Part shown: piece by piece, positions 37,518 through 47,482 of the stretch
Position numbering within the stretch: the stretch's first letter is position 1
Layout of the letters: each line of letters begins with the position of its first letter
Origin: Candidatus Sumerlaeota bacterium
GTDB lineage: Bacteria > Sumerlaeota > Sumerlaeia > Sumerlaeales > Sumerlaeaceae
Assembly: GCA_017161655.1 (NCBI GenBank)
Contig: JADFCV010000001.1
Location: 196,945-260,944 of the forward strand
DNA length: 64,000 nt
Direction: 5' to 3'
Notes under the pieces: generated by a model
What the model saw: only the letters and a program-made list of their open reading frames with translations
The model's database searches: none
What the model was told of the DNA's origin: nothing
Program-made: the position numbers and the translations under genes

Positions 37518-39881
37518 CTATTTGTTCCGTTTTCGCAAATTCTCCCGAAGCTGAGCCATCGCCTCATGCGCTTCTTTTGGCAGGTTTACCCCGCCGTATT
37601 TGAATCCATAATACCACACGGTAATGTCATGGAATGGGCGCAGTGGTTCAGTCTTCGCTACACGGGTCGCGAATTCGAGAGGTGTTTCTGATGGCTCGCG
37701 AATGTATCCGCGCCGACGCAAAGCAGAGAGAATTTCTGCATAGAAACGTGGAATCTCGTGAGACCGTCGAACGTGCAGTCCGCGCCTGCCCCGAGAGCGG
37801 CGGTGAAGGCGTCGCCGCAAAATCACGACAAGTACGATAAGCAAAAACAGTATAGCAACACCTGCTACAAGAGCATTTCCTGCGGTAGCAAGCTCTTCGG
37901 TGATGCTTCCTGCGCCGCTCTCAAAACGCAGGGAGCCCAGCGTGTCACCAATTGCGAAAACTGCCGCAAACACGCCGTGCGCCACGAGTCGCTGATCCTG
38001 AATCGAAAAATCAATCACCGCTCGGTACCAACGCATCTTCAGCGCGTCGTAGTATCGAGTGAAGGCTAACAAGATTGGGTTCATGTTCACAGGACGTTGC
38101 AATGCCCCCGGCGGTGTTGGATCGAACGTCATCCATCCATAACCATCGAAGAAAACCTCTACCCACGAGTGAGCATCGCGCTGCCGCACCGTAAACATGC
38201 CGGCTAGGTTGTTCCATTCCGTGCTGTAGTAACCGTTCACCACACGGCATGGAATCTCCAGTGCGCGTAGCAACATCGCCATGGCGGTCGCATAATACTC
38301 GCAGTGCCCTCGGCGACTTTCGAAAAGGAAATGTTCGACAGGATTCTTCGTGCCGGGATCGGCTAACTCCAAGGAGTATTGGTAGTTTCGCCGCAAGTAA
38401 GACTCGATTGCCAACGCTTGCTCATACGGATTCTTGGCACCACGTGTGATTTCCCTGGCGAGTTGCAGCAGCGCGTTTTTGTTGAGCTCTTCCGGGATGC
38501 GCAAGCATGCCTCGCGATAAGGTGGAAAAAGATAATCGGGTGTCACGCGTGTCGCCGCAACGTCAGCTGGGTAATGGCGGAAGTGTCGCCTTGTTTGCTG
38601 GGAATCGTTTGATGGTGTTAACTTCTCTGCCACCAATTCGAATTCACGGCTTATGATTCGAAACGCAGCCGCAACTGGATCCGAAGTCGCTTGATCAGTG
38701 CGCGAGCTCTGGGCCTGAGCCACAGTCCGACGCTGCCTGCTTGAGGGGCGGCTATAGTGCTCTGGATCATCGCGGCTCTCGAGGTCCTCAATCCGCGACA
38801 CAACTGTGTAATGAAGTTCTTTTGTTGGCGGATATGGTAACCAAGCCACACCCGCAGAATGATCAACTAATACCGCTTGCTGAAAATCGAACGATAATAG
38901 ATTGAATGGGAACGTTTCACCAAAGAGAAACTTGGAGGTGTTGGCCGGTTGGATGATCATGCTTTTCCGGAGTGGATATGGCCGCAAGCAAAACATCCCG
39001 AAAGGCTCACGATAGCTTGCCCAGGAGGTCCGCTGCCATCGCTTGCCATCAAATGTGTCGAGTGCCACGCCGCGGAGACGTACCGCTGAGGGATGCTGCA
39101 CCTCGTCTAATGGCTTCACGTAGAGGGCCACGCTTGTGTCGAGTTGAATAGTACCAACCTTTCCCAACTCTATGTTCTCGTCGAAAGCAGAGGACATCTC
39201 AGATGGCGGTGGAGGGCCAAGTGTTTGCAAGACCCGTCGCGTTGAAAGACGAGGAACGAGCACAAAGAAGACCACACTCAGCGCGAGGATGATGGCCCCA
39301 AGAACGAGTGTAGGCCTCAGGAGGGAGCCACCGGTCTGTTCTTCAGTAACTGCCTGAATCAGCTCAAGGTCAGAAGTTCTTCTCAGAGGTGGACTTGTCT
39401 CCCGAGCAGCGCGAGTGCGCTTTAGAGCACGTAAGACTGTGACCAAGCTCGAATGCAGCAGGAGGGAGCGAACAAGCAAGAGCAAGTAGCCAAGAAAAGC
39501 GAGGCCGAATGCGGGAGATGTGGTTAGCAAAGCTGCTGCAAAAACCTGAAAAAAGCTAACAACGTAAATTGAATAAGCGTCGGATAACCGCCTGAACGAA
39601 AGTAACCTTATGCACTGAAGAGAGATGAAAAAGTAGACAGTGGCGTTCAGAAGATTCTGGCGCACCACAGGCATGAGCCGGACAAACACAAGGAGAACGG
39701 CGAGGTCCCAAATCCACCAGGGGACTCTCCGTAATGGGCGACGCAAAAGATAAGCGAGAGGCGGTAGGGCGAGAGCACTCGCCATGAGTGAAAGCCTGAT
39801 TTCTCCAGTTGTGGCCAGAGTGAGTGTGGACCAGAGGGCAAGGAGCGAGATGGACAGTTGAAACCGATCCCAGAGATTCAT
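37518..39881 (-). CDS. Transglutaminase-like membrane protein (TgpA-like: DUF3488 N-terminal TM region + transglutaminase core + C-terminal TM/DUF4129-like)
   Basis: Catalytic-core motif RRGHCEYYATAMAMLLRALEIPCRVVNGY...DAHSWVEVF; multiple N-terminal TMs; C-terminal TM then RRRLHRRSRGRRG. Confidence 0.8.
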   Translation of the reverse strand: MNLWDRFQLSISLLALWSTLTLATTGEIRLSLMASALALPPLAYLLRRPLRRVPWWIWDLAVLLVFVRLMPVVRQNLLNATVYFFISLQCIRLLSFRRLSDAYSIYVVSFFQVFAAALLTTSPAFGLAFLGYLLLLVRSLLLHSSLVTVLRALKRTRAARETSPPLRRTSDLELIQAVTEEQTGGSLLRPTLVLGAIILALSVVFFVLVPRLSTRRVLQTLGPPPPSEMSSAFDENIELGKVGTIQLDTSVALYVKPLDEVQHPSAVRLRGVALDTFDGKRWQRTSWASYREPFGMFCLRPYPLRKSMIIQPANTSKFLFGETFPFNLLSFDFQQAVLVDHSAGVAWLPYPPTKELHYTVVSRIEDLESRDDPEHYSRPSSRQRRTVAQAQSSRTDQATSDPVAAAFRIISREFELVAEKLTPSNDSQQTRRHFRHYPADVAATRVTPDYLFPPYREACLRIPEELNKNALLQLAREITRGAKNPYEQALAIESYLRRNYQYSLELADPGTKNPVEHFLFESRRGHCEYYATAMAMLLRALEIPCRVVNGYYSTEWNNLAGMFTVRQRDAHSWVEVFFDGYGWMTFDPTPPGALQRPVNMNPILLAFTRYYDALKMRWYRAVIDFSIQDQRLVAHGVFAAVFAIGDTLGSLRFESGAGSITEELATAGNALVAGVAILFLLIVLVVILRRRLHRRSRGRRGLHVRRSHEIPRFYAEILSALRRRGYIREPSETPLEFATRVAKTEPLRPFHDITVWYYGFKYGGVNLPKEAHEAMAQLRENLRKRNK

Positions 39882-41068
39882 GAAGAAACGCTCCTGATGA
39901 GATCCGTCCCCCTAATTTGCCAGTCGCGCGCATCCACTTTTGCAGCGACGAGGTCCGAAGGTAAATGCCCCTCATCATTCGAGTAGGTAAGCACGAAAAC
40001 TCTACAATCACGGATGTGTGGCATCGTTGGAAGGCGTGACGACTCAGTGCCAATTTCCACGAGTGCCAAGGCGCGCAAGAGCCTTTCGACGTGCTGCTCG
40101 CCGCCTGCAGGCTCGACGAATGATGAGTCGGTGAGCAGTCCCACATCATACCCAGTCTTGATCAAATACGCAGAGAAGGAGGCTGCGACGATCACAGCGT
40201 GCTCAAAATCATTCAGGAGTTCGTCGCTGACGTGCCGGGCTGTAGTGGGGAGGTAGAGAATAACTCGTTGGCGTTCTTCATGTTCAAACTCGGTGACCAT
40301 AAGCTTTTGCGCGCGTGCGGTCGTGCGCCAGTGGATTCTTTTTGCTGGTTCTCCCTGAACATATTCCCGCAGGCCGTAGAGGTCCCCGCTTCCCCCACGG
40401 CGGACTGCTGCCAGGTCCCCATCAAGCCCCAAGAGAGTGAAAAGGGGTTCGGAAATTTGAAAAATCGGGGGCAGAACGAGCACATCCGCAGGTGCTGGAA
40501 CATGCAAAGATCTCTCGATAAAACCAAAAGGGAATCGCGAGCGCACAACGACTTCATGAAATGTCACGACCCCTCGGCGCTTGAACAACGGATGCAGGGT
40601 CGGGTAAGCTGAGACTTTATTTCCTCGAGCGGGTACGTGCAGAACGGGACAGCTTCCCACCACCTGAGGTGATCCCTGCCGGCTTGCGTAGTCTTCCGCG
40701 AGAAGAGAGTGTGCCCCCCACCAGCGGCGCCGGTTCTCGATTTCTATGAAAATCTGTTCGCACGACCCAGCAACAACCCTGCGCGGCAGTCGTCGTCGAA
40801 CCTGCAAATGATCTAAATTGCGAGGAGAAACGATGCCATGCGCAAGGAACGCCGAAGCCAGAAAGGAAAAGAGGTAATACACAAGGTTTGTGCCAGAGTT
40901 GATCGCCCCGTAGCCAACGACGAGAATGAGCAGGAGCATGGCAGCGCCTGGTGCGGTCAGCCAATAGCGCCTCGTTGGCCGCAGGCTCGTCCGCTGTGAG
41001 AAAAGGCGCTTGTCTCTCCAGTGCTGACGTAGTGCTGTGAAGAGTCTTGCTGTAGTTCGTGCTTTCAT
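39878..41068 (-). CDS. DUF58 family protein (MoxR-system associated, vWA-like)
   Basis: Two N-terminal TMs, DUF58 core (DLYGLREYVQGEPAKRIHWRTTARAQKLMVTEFEHEER). 4 nt overlap with the downstream transglutaminase gene. Confidence 0.75.
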   Translation of the reverse strand: MKARTTARLFTALRQHWRDKRLFSQRTSLRPTRRYWLTAPGAAMLLLILVVGYGAINSGTNLVYYLFSFLASAFLAHGIVSPRNLDHLQVRRRLPRRVVAGSCEQIFIEIENRRRWWGAHSLLAEDYASRQGSPQVVGSCPVLHVPARGNKVSAYPTLHPLFKRRGVVTFHEVVVRSRFPFGFIERSLHVPAPADVLVLPPIFQISEPLFTLLGLDGDLAAVRRGGSGDLYGLREYVQGEPAKRIHWRTTARAQKLMVTEFEHEERQRVILYLPTTARHVSDELLNDFEHAVIVAASFSAYLIKTGYDVGLLTDSSFVEPAGGEQHVERLLRALALVEIGTESSRLPTMPHIRDCRVFVLTYSNDEGHLPSDLVAAKVDARDWQIRGTDLIRSVSS

Positions 41069-41172
41069 TTGCTTAGGGCACGTCCCAGAAGTGGAACGTG
41101 CTAAAGAAAGAATACGTTGCGCACTGCAATTCTACTCGCTAACGGCGACGTTGCTAAGGGAGTCTTGAAAGC

Positions 41173-43128
41173 ATGCCAAAGTTTGTTGTGAAAAGCGGTC
41201 CCCACGCCGGCAGAGAAATCGAAATGGTAGGGGAGCGGCTACTGTTTGGTCGCAATGATGATTGCGACGTGGTCATTGCCGACCCAGACGTCTCGCGCAA
41301 TCATGCCCAAGCCCTGAACTTGGATGGCATGGTTATTCTTTACGATCTTAACAGCTCCAATGGCACGTTTGTGAACGATGTCCCGATTTCTCGGACCTTC
41401 CTCATGAATGGCGATGAGGTCCGGATTGGAAACACCACTTTCAAGTTCATTGCAGAACCGTCTTCCTACCCAAGTTCACCTCGGGACGCGGTTGCTTCTC
41501 TGACAATTGCCCCAGAGAGCTTGCCGTCGAATGAAGTGCTCGATCAAAACACCCGTATGCTGAGCTTCCCGCGCGAGGGTGTCGAGAGTGCCATTCTAAA
41601 AGACGTCTATCTCAAACTCAAAACGCTGTACCGAGTATTTCTCGAGATTTCGCAAAGCGAGACGCTCAAAGACATAGGGGAGGCACTTGGGCGGGCAGCT
41701 CTCCTTGCGCTAGGTGTCGAACGCCTCTCGCTATATTTCCGCGACGACACGGCTCATGGATGGACGTGTTTTTATACTCACCTCTCCACCACGGCCAAAG
41801 CAAAAAGTCAGGCCTTGCCGCCTCTGTCTTCAAGTCTGTTGGATGCTACAGCGGCCCAGGCAGATCCCCTTTACGGGAGATGGGAAAATGGGGCTAGCCT
41901 CGAAATCGGTGCCTCAGAAAAAGCAGACTTGTTGGCAATTCCCATTAGCCGGAACAAACATGTGGTGGGGATTCTTGTCGCTGATAACCCGGTCTCTCAC
42001 GATACGATCTCAAAAGATGACGCGGATTTCCTTTTCACTCTTGTTCTCCATCTCGTGGTGCGTCTGCGTCAGATCGAGCAAGTCGATCACTTACGTCAGG
42101 AGAATCTCGAGCTTCGCCAGCGTAGCGGTGATGACTATGCCATTGTCACGCAGGACGAGCGCATGAAGCGTGTGATGAGTCTGACCATGCGCGCTGCGGA
42201 GCGCGACTGTCCGGTGCTTATAACGGGTGAAACGGGAACGGGAAAAGAGCTGATTGCCAGATCCCTCCACAATTACTCACCACGTCGCAATAAGCCATTT
42301 GTCGCTGTGAACTGTGCTGCTTTGCCTGACACTCTGCTCGAGAGCGAGTTGTTCGGCCACGAAAAGGGTGCTTTCACAGGGGCTGTTGAGCGACGCATCG
42401 GCAAGTTTGAGCTGGCCGATGGCGGAACACTCTTTCTCGATGAAATCGGCGACATGAGTCCCAGCGCTCAGGCCAAGCTCCTGAGGGTTCTCCAGGAAGG
42501 CGAAATTCAGCGCCTCGGCAGCAATAAAATTATCAAGGTCAACGTGCGCGTCGTTGCGGCAACGAACAAGACGCTGGAGCAAGAAGTCGAGAAAGGGAAC
42601 TTTCGTCAGGACCTTTACTACCGGATACGAGTCCTCGAACTCGTTCTGCCCCCGCTTCGTGAGCGTCGCTCAGACATTCCTGTGTTGGCTCAGTACTTCC
42701 TCGAGCAGCTCCGCCATCGATTCCCAACGCCGGTAAAAACGATTCATCCTGACACGATGCAATGCCTGCTAGCCTATCACTATCCTGGCAATGTCAGGGA
42801 ATTGCGGAATATCATAGAGCGAGCACTGGTGCTCGCTACGGGCGAAGTTCTCCTGCCAGAGCATTTACCTGCAGAAGTACTTGAGGCCGCGAAGCTTGCG
42901 GAGCCCCCTACATCGGCGAGTGAGAGACCGTCGCAGGCCGCACAAAGAGCCTCGAGTAATCTGTCACTTGCGGATATTGAGCGCGATCATATTCTTCGAG
43001 TTCTCGAGATGGTTCAGGGCAACAAAGTAAAAGCCGCATCAATTCTGGGTATAAGTCGAACAACGCTCTATGAGAAGCTCAAAGAATACGGAATCGAAGG
43101 CAAAGCCCGTGACGAGTCCCTCGAATGA
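41173..43128 (+). CDS. Sigma-54-dependent transcriptional activator with N-terminal FHA and GAF domains (FHA-GAF-AAA+-HTH)
   Basis: FHA ([13 protein letters not shown]...[14 protein letters not shown]); GAF-like middle; GETGTGKE Walker A; GAFTGA; [15 protein letters not shown]; C-terminal HTH ([20 protein letters not shown]). Confidence 0.85.
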   Translation: MPKFVVKSGPHAGREIEMVGERLLFGRNDDCDVVIADPDVSRNHAQALNLDGMVILYDLNSSNGTFVNDVPISRTFLMNGDEVRIGNTTFKFIAEPSSYPSSPRDAVASLTIAPESLPSNEVLDQNTRMLSFPREGVESAILKDVYLKLKTLYRVFLEISQSETLKDIGEALGRAALLALGVERLSLYFRDDTAHGWTCFYTHLSTTAKAKSQALPPLSSSLLDATAAQADPLYGRWENGASLEIGASEKADLLAIPISRNKHVVGILVADNPVSHDTISKDDADFLFTLVLHLVVRLRQIEQVDHLRQENLELRQRSGDDYAIVTQDERMKRVMSLTMRAAERDCPVLITGETGTGKELIARSLHNYSPRRNKPFVAVNCAALPDTLLESELFGHEKGAFTGAVERRIGKFELADGGTLFLDEIGDMSPSAQAKLLRVLQEGEIQRLGSNKIIKVNVRVVAATNKTLEQEVEKGNFRQDLYYRIRVLELVLPPLRERRSDIPVLAQYFLEQLRHRFPTPVKTIHPDTMQCLLAYHYPGNVRELRNIIERALVLATGEVLLPEHLPAEVLEAAKLAEPPTSASERPSQAAQRASSNLSLADIERDHILRVLEMVQGNKVKAASILGISRTTLYEKLKEYGIEGKARDESLE

Positions 43129-43984
43129 ACAGTTGCAACGCGGTGACCAGCAGAGGACGCCGCGACCAGGGCCTGCTGCCGTCCTGGCTTTTCTCGACAT
43201 CGTCTTGAGTGGTTATCTTCTCTACTGGGCTGTATTTGTTTTGAAAAATCGAGCCCTTGGGATACTAACACATCCACCGGTGCTCTTTGCCGTTTTCATG
43301 CCTGCGCTTTTTGCCTGGCGAGCTTATTATCCTACAGATCCGCTTACGGCCCTCCTGGGGCGTGTGGCTCGCTCCGCAGCTGCGCTCTCTCTAGCTGCCC
43401 TTGCCCTCTCCTTAGCACTTGCGCTACGGCATGAGTTTCAGGCGTTTCCTGCCGGGGAAGTCATTCGGGCTGTTGCCACAGGGGGCATCACAAGCTTTAT
43501 CTGTGCGCAGGCACTGCGCCACGTATTTCAATGTCTTTTATTTGAACCTTCACCCAGGAGTTTCTGTCCTTCGCTTAAAGTGCCGCTCTGGCTTGGCACA
43601 ATTCATTTGTTTGGAACCTTGCTCATAGCTTTCTTGGTGATAGCCGGCTCCTACAGCGCCTTGATTTATGGCCCGCGCGCCGGAAGCTCTTTTCTCGCCG
43701 TTCACGCAGCCGTTTCGCCAATAGCGTTCGCCATTGAATCGCTTGCCCTGGTTTTAGCTGTAGGAGGCGTCCCCTTCTTGCGCTGGATCGTGGGGACGAG
43801 AGAACGATCGGTTTGCCCCGCTGTCGTTCCAGTCATTCTTATTGGCTTGAGTTGGGGAATCCTTGGTGCTGCTTGGGGCTGGCGCGCTTACGGCTTCGAG
43901 TTGTTCACCTATGTTGTTGGGCTTTGGTTACTGGCGAATTGCATGCCTGCGTTTCTCCGATGGCGTAAGGGATCTCGTGCCTAA
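43070..43984 (+). CDS. Polytopic membrane protein, hypothetical
   Basis: About 8 hydrophobic helices. Start uncertain: ATG 43070 overlaps the activator gene by 59 nt; TTG 43133 lies just after its stop. Confidence 0.45.
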   Translation: MRSSKNTESKAKPVTSPSNEQLQRGDQQRTPRPGPAAVLAFLDIVLSGYLLYWAVFVLKNRALGILTHPPVLFAVFMPALFAWRAYYPTDPLTALLGRVARSAAALSLAALALSLALALRHEFQAFPAGEVIRAVATGGITSFICAQALRHVFQCLLFEPSPRSFCPSLKVPLWLGTIHLFGTLLIAFLVIAGSYSALIYGPRAGSSFLAVHAAVSPIAFAIESLALVLAVGGVPFLRWIVGTRERSVCPAVVPVILIGLSWGILGAAWGWRAYGFELFTYVVGLWLLANCMPAFLRWRKGSRA

Positions 43985-43989
43985 ATGGT

Positions 43990-44616
43990 CTAATCGAATT
44001 GCAGCGAGCGTGCCCAAGCCGGAGGCAAATTCCAAAGAACGAGCTTCTGGTTTACCTGGTGATGGGAAATGAGCTTTTTGAGAACCTGTTCCACCGCGTG
44101 CACACGCTCTCGCTCACTTTTTGACGAAACTAGCCGCTTCAACCAACGAATTCCTGCGTATTCGAAAAAGTTCACGGTCCCTCGGGGCAGGAGAAGCGCC
44201 TCAAATTTTGCAAAGATCATTTGAACAGTCTCAGGCAGAAAATTGTTAAAGGGCAGACCGCACACAATGTGGTGGAACGAGCTTGTCATGGCGAGTTCCT
44301 CCACTGGCTTGCAAAGAATCTGCGTGCTGTTAGCCCACGGCGCGAATTCTGGATCCGTAGCAAAACGGTGCTCAAGATACGCGACGAAATTTGGGTTGAT
44401 TTCACAGAGGGTAAGGGAGTCCCCCGGATGTAACTGCTCTAAGATGCCGCGCGTGAGGGCGCCCGTGCCTGGACCAACCTCCAGAATCCGCATTGGACCT
44501 TGATGTGGACGACTTCGGAGGGGGGCCGCAAGAGCACGAGCTAGCGAGCGTGAGCTAGGCGCAATGGCCCCTACATGATGATAATCGCGCAGCGTCTGAG
44601 CAAGAAATCTCAGCAT
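43990..44616 (-). CDS. Class I SAM-dependent methyltransferase (RrnaAD/PmtA-like)
   Basis: SAM motif I ILEVGPGTGALT; acidic motif II (LTLCEIN); ~208 aa. Confidence 0.7.
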   Translation of the reverse strand: MLRFLAQTLRDYHHVGAIAPSSRSLARALAAPLRSRPHQGPMRILEVGPGTGALTRGILEQLHPGDSLTLCEINPNFVAYLEHRFATDPEFAPWANSTQILCKPVEELAMTSSFHHIVCGLPFNNFLPETVQMIFAKFEALLLPRGTVNFFEYAGIRWLKRLVSSKSERERVHAVEQVLKKLISHHQVNQKLVLWNLPPAWARSLQFD

Positions 44617-44703
44617 CGTTATTTATCCATTATGAGTTTGCGCTGCTAAACGTCCGCCTGCCAAAGGGACGATGCAAGATGGAACACACGCAGGGGGGCG
44701 AAT

Positions 44704-44740
44704 CTTTACGACAGGGTTAGGTAAATAGTAATGAAAATAA
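44704..44740 (+). promoter_or_regulatory. Putative sigma-70 promoter for ssrA
   Basis: TTTACG, 17 nt spacer, TAGTAAT, ending ~10 nt upstream of the tmRNA 5' end; by eye only. Confidence 0.3.
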
Positions 44741-44747
44741 GCGAAAG

Positions 44748-45098
44748 GGGGGCGTAACGGTTTCGACGGGGATCGTTGTGGGAGTGGCTGCAAGCCGAGG
44801 CGCACGGCCTCGTAAGCAACCGTGCAACTGCAAAATTAACTGCAGACCAAGAACTCGCACTCGCTGCCTAATTTAGGCTAGCGCGTTTGCCCCGTTGTCG
44901 CCTGCGCGACGGGAGCAGACGTCGAGAAGGCAGGCTCGCCACTCTGGTGTGGCCCGCACCAGAGGGCTAAACCCTACGGGCTGGCCAGGGCAGAAAGCCC
45001 GCCGAAAGGCGTTCTGCCCAGGGCGACAAACCAAAATTTCGGCTAAGCTTGTAGAGGCCGCTCTGGCAAGGTCTTCGGACGTGGGTTCGACTCCCACC
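44748..45098 (+). ncRNA. ssrA: tmRNA (transfer-messenger RNA)
   Basis: 5' GGGGGCGUAACGGUUUCGACGGGG pairs with the 3' acceptor ...CGCCUCCACCA. T-arm GGACGUGGGUUCGACUCCCAC. Internal tag ORF GCA GAC CAA GAA CUC GCA CUC GCU GCC UAA = ...ADQELALAA-stop. Confidence 0.85.
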
Positions 45099-45208
45099 GC
45101 CTCCACCAACCCGCAGGCGAATTCCAGGCGTAAAGCAGCTTTTGGTAGTTGCTTCCTTCATAACTTTTTCTTGCCGCGCATCGTTGGGAAGCGGAACCTG
45201 AGTTTGAT

Positions 45209-45901
45209 ATGATTCCACTGCGCGACGTTAATCGTACTCGTCATGTTCCCTGGATGGTATGGCTGCTTATCTTGACGTGCGTGTTAGCCTTTCTGCAGGA
45301 GATTGCTCTACCTGCCCCTCTTCTCGAGCGCTTCATCTACCTTTTTGGGTTTGTTCCGCGGCGTCTCACTGATCCCTTGTGGGCACAACGGGCTGGGTTT
45401 CCCCCGGGTGGCTTCTATACCATTTTTACCAGCATGTTTCTCCACGGTAGCTTCGCCCATCTCCTGTTCAACATGTGGACGCTCGCCGTGTTTGGCGACA
45501 ACGTAGAGGATAGAATGGGCCCCATCCGCTTTCTTCTATTTTATCTCTGCTCCGGCGTTGCAGCCGCGATAGCCCACCTTGTTTTCAACCCCACATCAAC
45601 ACTGCCAACGGTAGGTGCTTCGGGCGCTATTGCGGGGGTTCTGGGTGCTTATATGTTTTTGTTTCCACACGCCCGCGTTGTCACTTTTGTCCCAATACTG
45701 TTTATGCCCTATTTCATCGAGGTTCCAGCTGCCTTTTTTCTGGCGATGTGGTTCATGATCCAGTTATTGAGTGGATGGACGTCGCTCTTTCTTCCGCCCA
45801 ATGTTGGAGGGGTGGCCTGGTGGGCGCACATTGGCGGGTTCCTGTGCGGCGCGCTCGTTTTCCCTTTCTTCTTGCGTCGCGATCGTTCCGGCGGCTGGTG
45901 A
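45209..45901 (+). CDS. Rhomboid family intramembrane serine protease
   Basis: 6 TM; catalytic [14 protein letters not shown] (Ser) and downstream AHIGGFLCG (His); WR/ENxxH-type loop motifs. Confidence 0.85.
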   Translation: MIPLRDVNRTRHVPWMVWLLILTCVLAFLQEIALPAPLLERFIYLFGFVPRRLTDPLWAQRAGFPPGGFYTIFTSMFLHGSFAHLLFNMWTLAVFGDNVEDRMGPIRFLLFYLCSGVAAAIAHLVFNPTSTLPTVGASGAIAGVLGAYMFLFPHARVVTFVPILFMPYFIEVPAAFFLAMWFMIQLLSGWTSLFLPPNVGGVAWWAHIGGFLCGALVFPFFLRRDRSGGW

Positions 45902-45977
45902 TGCGTTCGGGCTTGAATCGTTTCCCACATATAGTGATAAAACTTACCGCCATACTGAGAGAAAACGAGGAACGAAC

Positions 45978-46724
45978 ATGTCTGGACATTCTAAATGGCA
46001 TTCGATCAAGCACAAGAAAGCTGCGGTCGATGCCAAACGTGGAAAGATTTTTACTCGTATCATTCGAGAAATCACCATCGCTGCACGCCTAGGCGGTGGT
46101 GATCCGGAAAGTAATCCGCGCCTGCGTACGGCAATTGCAGCAGCCAGGGACGTTAACATGCCCATGAAGAACATCGAGAACGCCATCAAGCGCGGTACGG
46201 GGGAAATCGAAGGCGCCACTTACGAAGAGGTTGTGTATGAGGGTTACGGACCGGGCGGTGTGGCCATCATGGTTGAAGCAACCACAGATAACCGTAACCG
46301 AACGACTGCAGAGATTCGCCATCTTTTCAGCAAGTATAACGGTAGCCTCGGTGCTGTGGGATGTGTTTCATACCTCTTTTCCAAAAAGGGCATCATAACG
46401 GTTAACAAGGAAAGCATTGAGGAGGACCGCCTGCTAGAAGCTGCCTTGGAAGCCGGGGCAGAAGACGTGAAAACGGAAGATGAGGGCTACCAGGTCATCA
46501 CCGACCAAGGGCAGCTTCAGGTGGTACGTGAAGGTTTGGAGAAAGCAGGAGTGAAGGTCGAACGCGCCGAGGTTGTGAACATTCCCTCGACGACAAAGCG
46601 AGTTGAGGGGCGTGATGCCGAGACGTTGCTCAAGTTGCTCGATGCCCTTGAAGAACACGACGACGTGCAATCGGTGAGCAGCAATTTCGAAATGAGCGAC
46701 GAACTCCTCGAACAATTCAAGTAG
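45978..46724 (+). CDS. yebC: YebC/PmpR family DNA-binding transcriptional regulator
   Basis: [26 protein letters not shown]...NPRLR...[13 protein letters not shown] is a canonical YebC. The longer track ORF from 45771 is an upstream in-frame extension. Confidence 0.9.
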   Translation: MSGHSKWHSIKHKKAAVDAKRGKIFTRIIREITIAARLGGGDPESNPRLRTAIAAARDVNMPMKNIENAIKRGTGEIEGATYEEVVYEGYGPGGVAIMVEATTDNRNRTTAEIRHLFSKYNGSLGAVGCVSYLFSKKGIITVNKESIEEDRLLEAALEAGAEDVKTEDEGYQVITDQGQLQVVREGLEKAGVKVERAEVVNIPSTTKRVEGRDAETLLKLLDALEEHDDVQSVSSNFEMSDELLEQFK

Positions 46725-46736
46725 AAGGCGGTCACA

Positions 46737-47018
46737 ATGCGGCTACGACCAGAAAAGGTGGATTACCTGGCTAATAAAATCACTGACGAGCTGAAAAAGC
46801 TGAAATCGGTGAAGTTCAAAGCGCCGGCAGAGCAAATCGCCGGGACAATCCGCCGTGTCATCCTGCACGATCTTCAGCGTGAGGACGAGATTGAGAAGGA
46901 GGCTGAGGAACTGCTTCGTCAGCATCGGCAAAAGATTGAGTTCAACAACCTGAGCTATAATACGCTGCTGTACAAGGCGAAGCAGGAAATCGCTCGGCGC
47001 CGTAAAATCGTTTTGTAG
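46737..47018 (+). CDS. Small conserved hypothetical protein (93 aa), paralog A
   Basis: Helical, acidic; pattern MRL..EK..(Y/F)(L/I)A..I..EL......E(I/D)E....E....ARRR(K/N)(I/Y)(V/I); tandem with paralog B. Confidence 0.55.
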   Translation: MRLRPEKVDYLANKITDELKKLKSVKFKAPAEQIAGTIRRVILHDLQREDEIEKEAEELLRQHRQKIEFNNLSYNTLLYKAKQEIARRRKIVL

Positions 47019-47110
47019 TGCGGCCGCATCGGCCCACGCGATAGAAGGATGATCGAGGATGAGGGTGTTGGTCACCTCGGCGCCCACAGGACACAAGAAA
47101 GGGGCATCGT

Positions 47111-47392
47111 ATGCGACTGTCAGAAAAACGGATACAGTTTATCGCGACGCAAATTGTGGAGGAGCTGCTCGGGCACGATGAGATCTCCTATACGGGCAGT
47201 CGGCTTGCTCTTGAGACAGAGATCGCTCGCATCATCTCGGAGGACCTTCGGATTGAGGATGAGATCGACCAGGAAGTCGTCGAGATGATTTCGAAAATGA
47301 AGCGAAACATTCCGCAAGGTAGTGCCGAGTGGGACGCGATCTATCAGGAAAAGAAAGCCGAAATCGCCCGTCGGCGAAACTATATTTATTAA
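47111..47392 (+). CDS. Small conserved hypothetical protein (93 aa), paralog B
   Basis: Same length and spacing of conserved residues as paralog A (MRLSEKRIQFIATQIVEEL...EIARRRNYIY). Confidence 0.55.
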   Translation: MRLSEKRIQFIATQIVEELLGHDEISYTGSRLALETEIARIISEDLRIEDEIDQEVVEMISKMKRNIPQGSAEWDAIYQEKKAEIARRRNYIY

Positions 47393-47482
47393 TCCCTGGT
47401 AAGCCGTCGCCAGTGTGGCCGACGACGGGCACTGACGGTTATCTCTTATCACATTATTATACCGGAAAGGAGCCTTTTCAGC

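Noticed and set aside
39556-40149. 197 aa minus-strand ORF spanning the DUF58/TgpA junction in another frame
   Set aside because: It is an out-of-frame overlap with two supported genes and has no motifs.
45098-45208. Possible genomic island integrated at the tmRNA 3' end
   Set aside because: No integrase, no direct repeat of the tmRNA 3' end, and the downstream genes are core housekeeping.
44873-45212. ORFs of 78 aa (-), 83 aa (-) and 105 aa (+) overlapping 44873-45218
   Set aside because: They overlap the tmRNA gene, so ORF-calling in a structured RNA is spurious.
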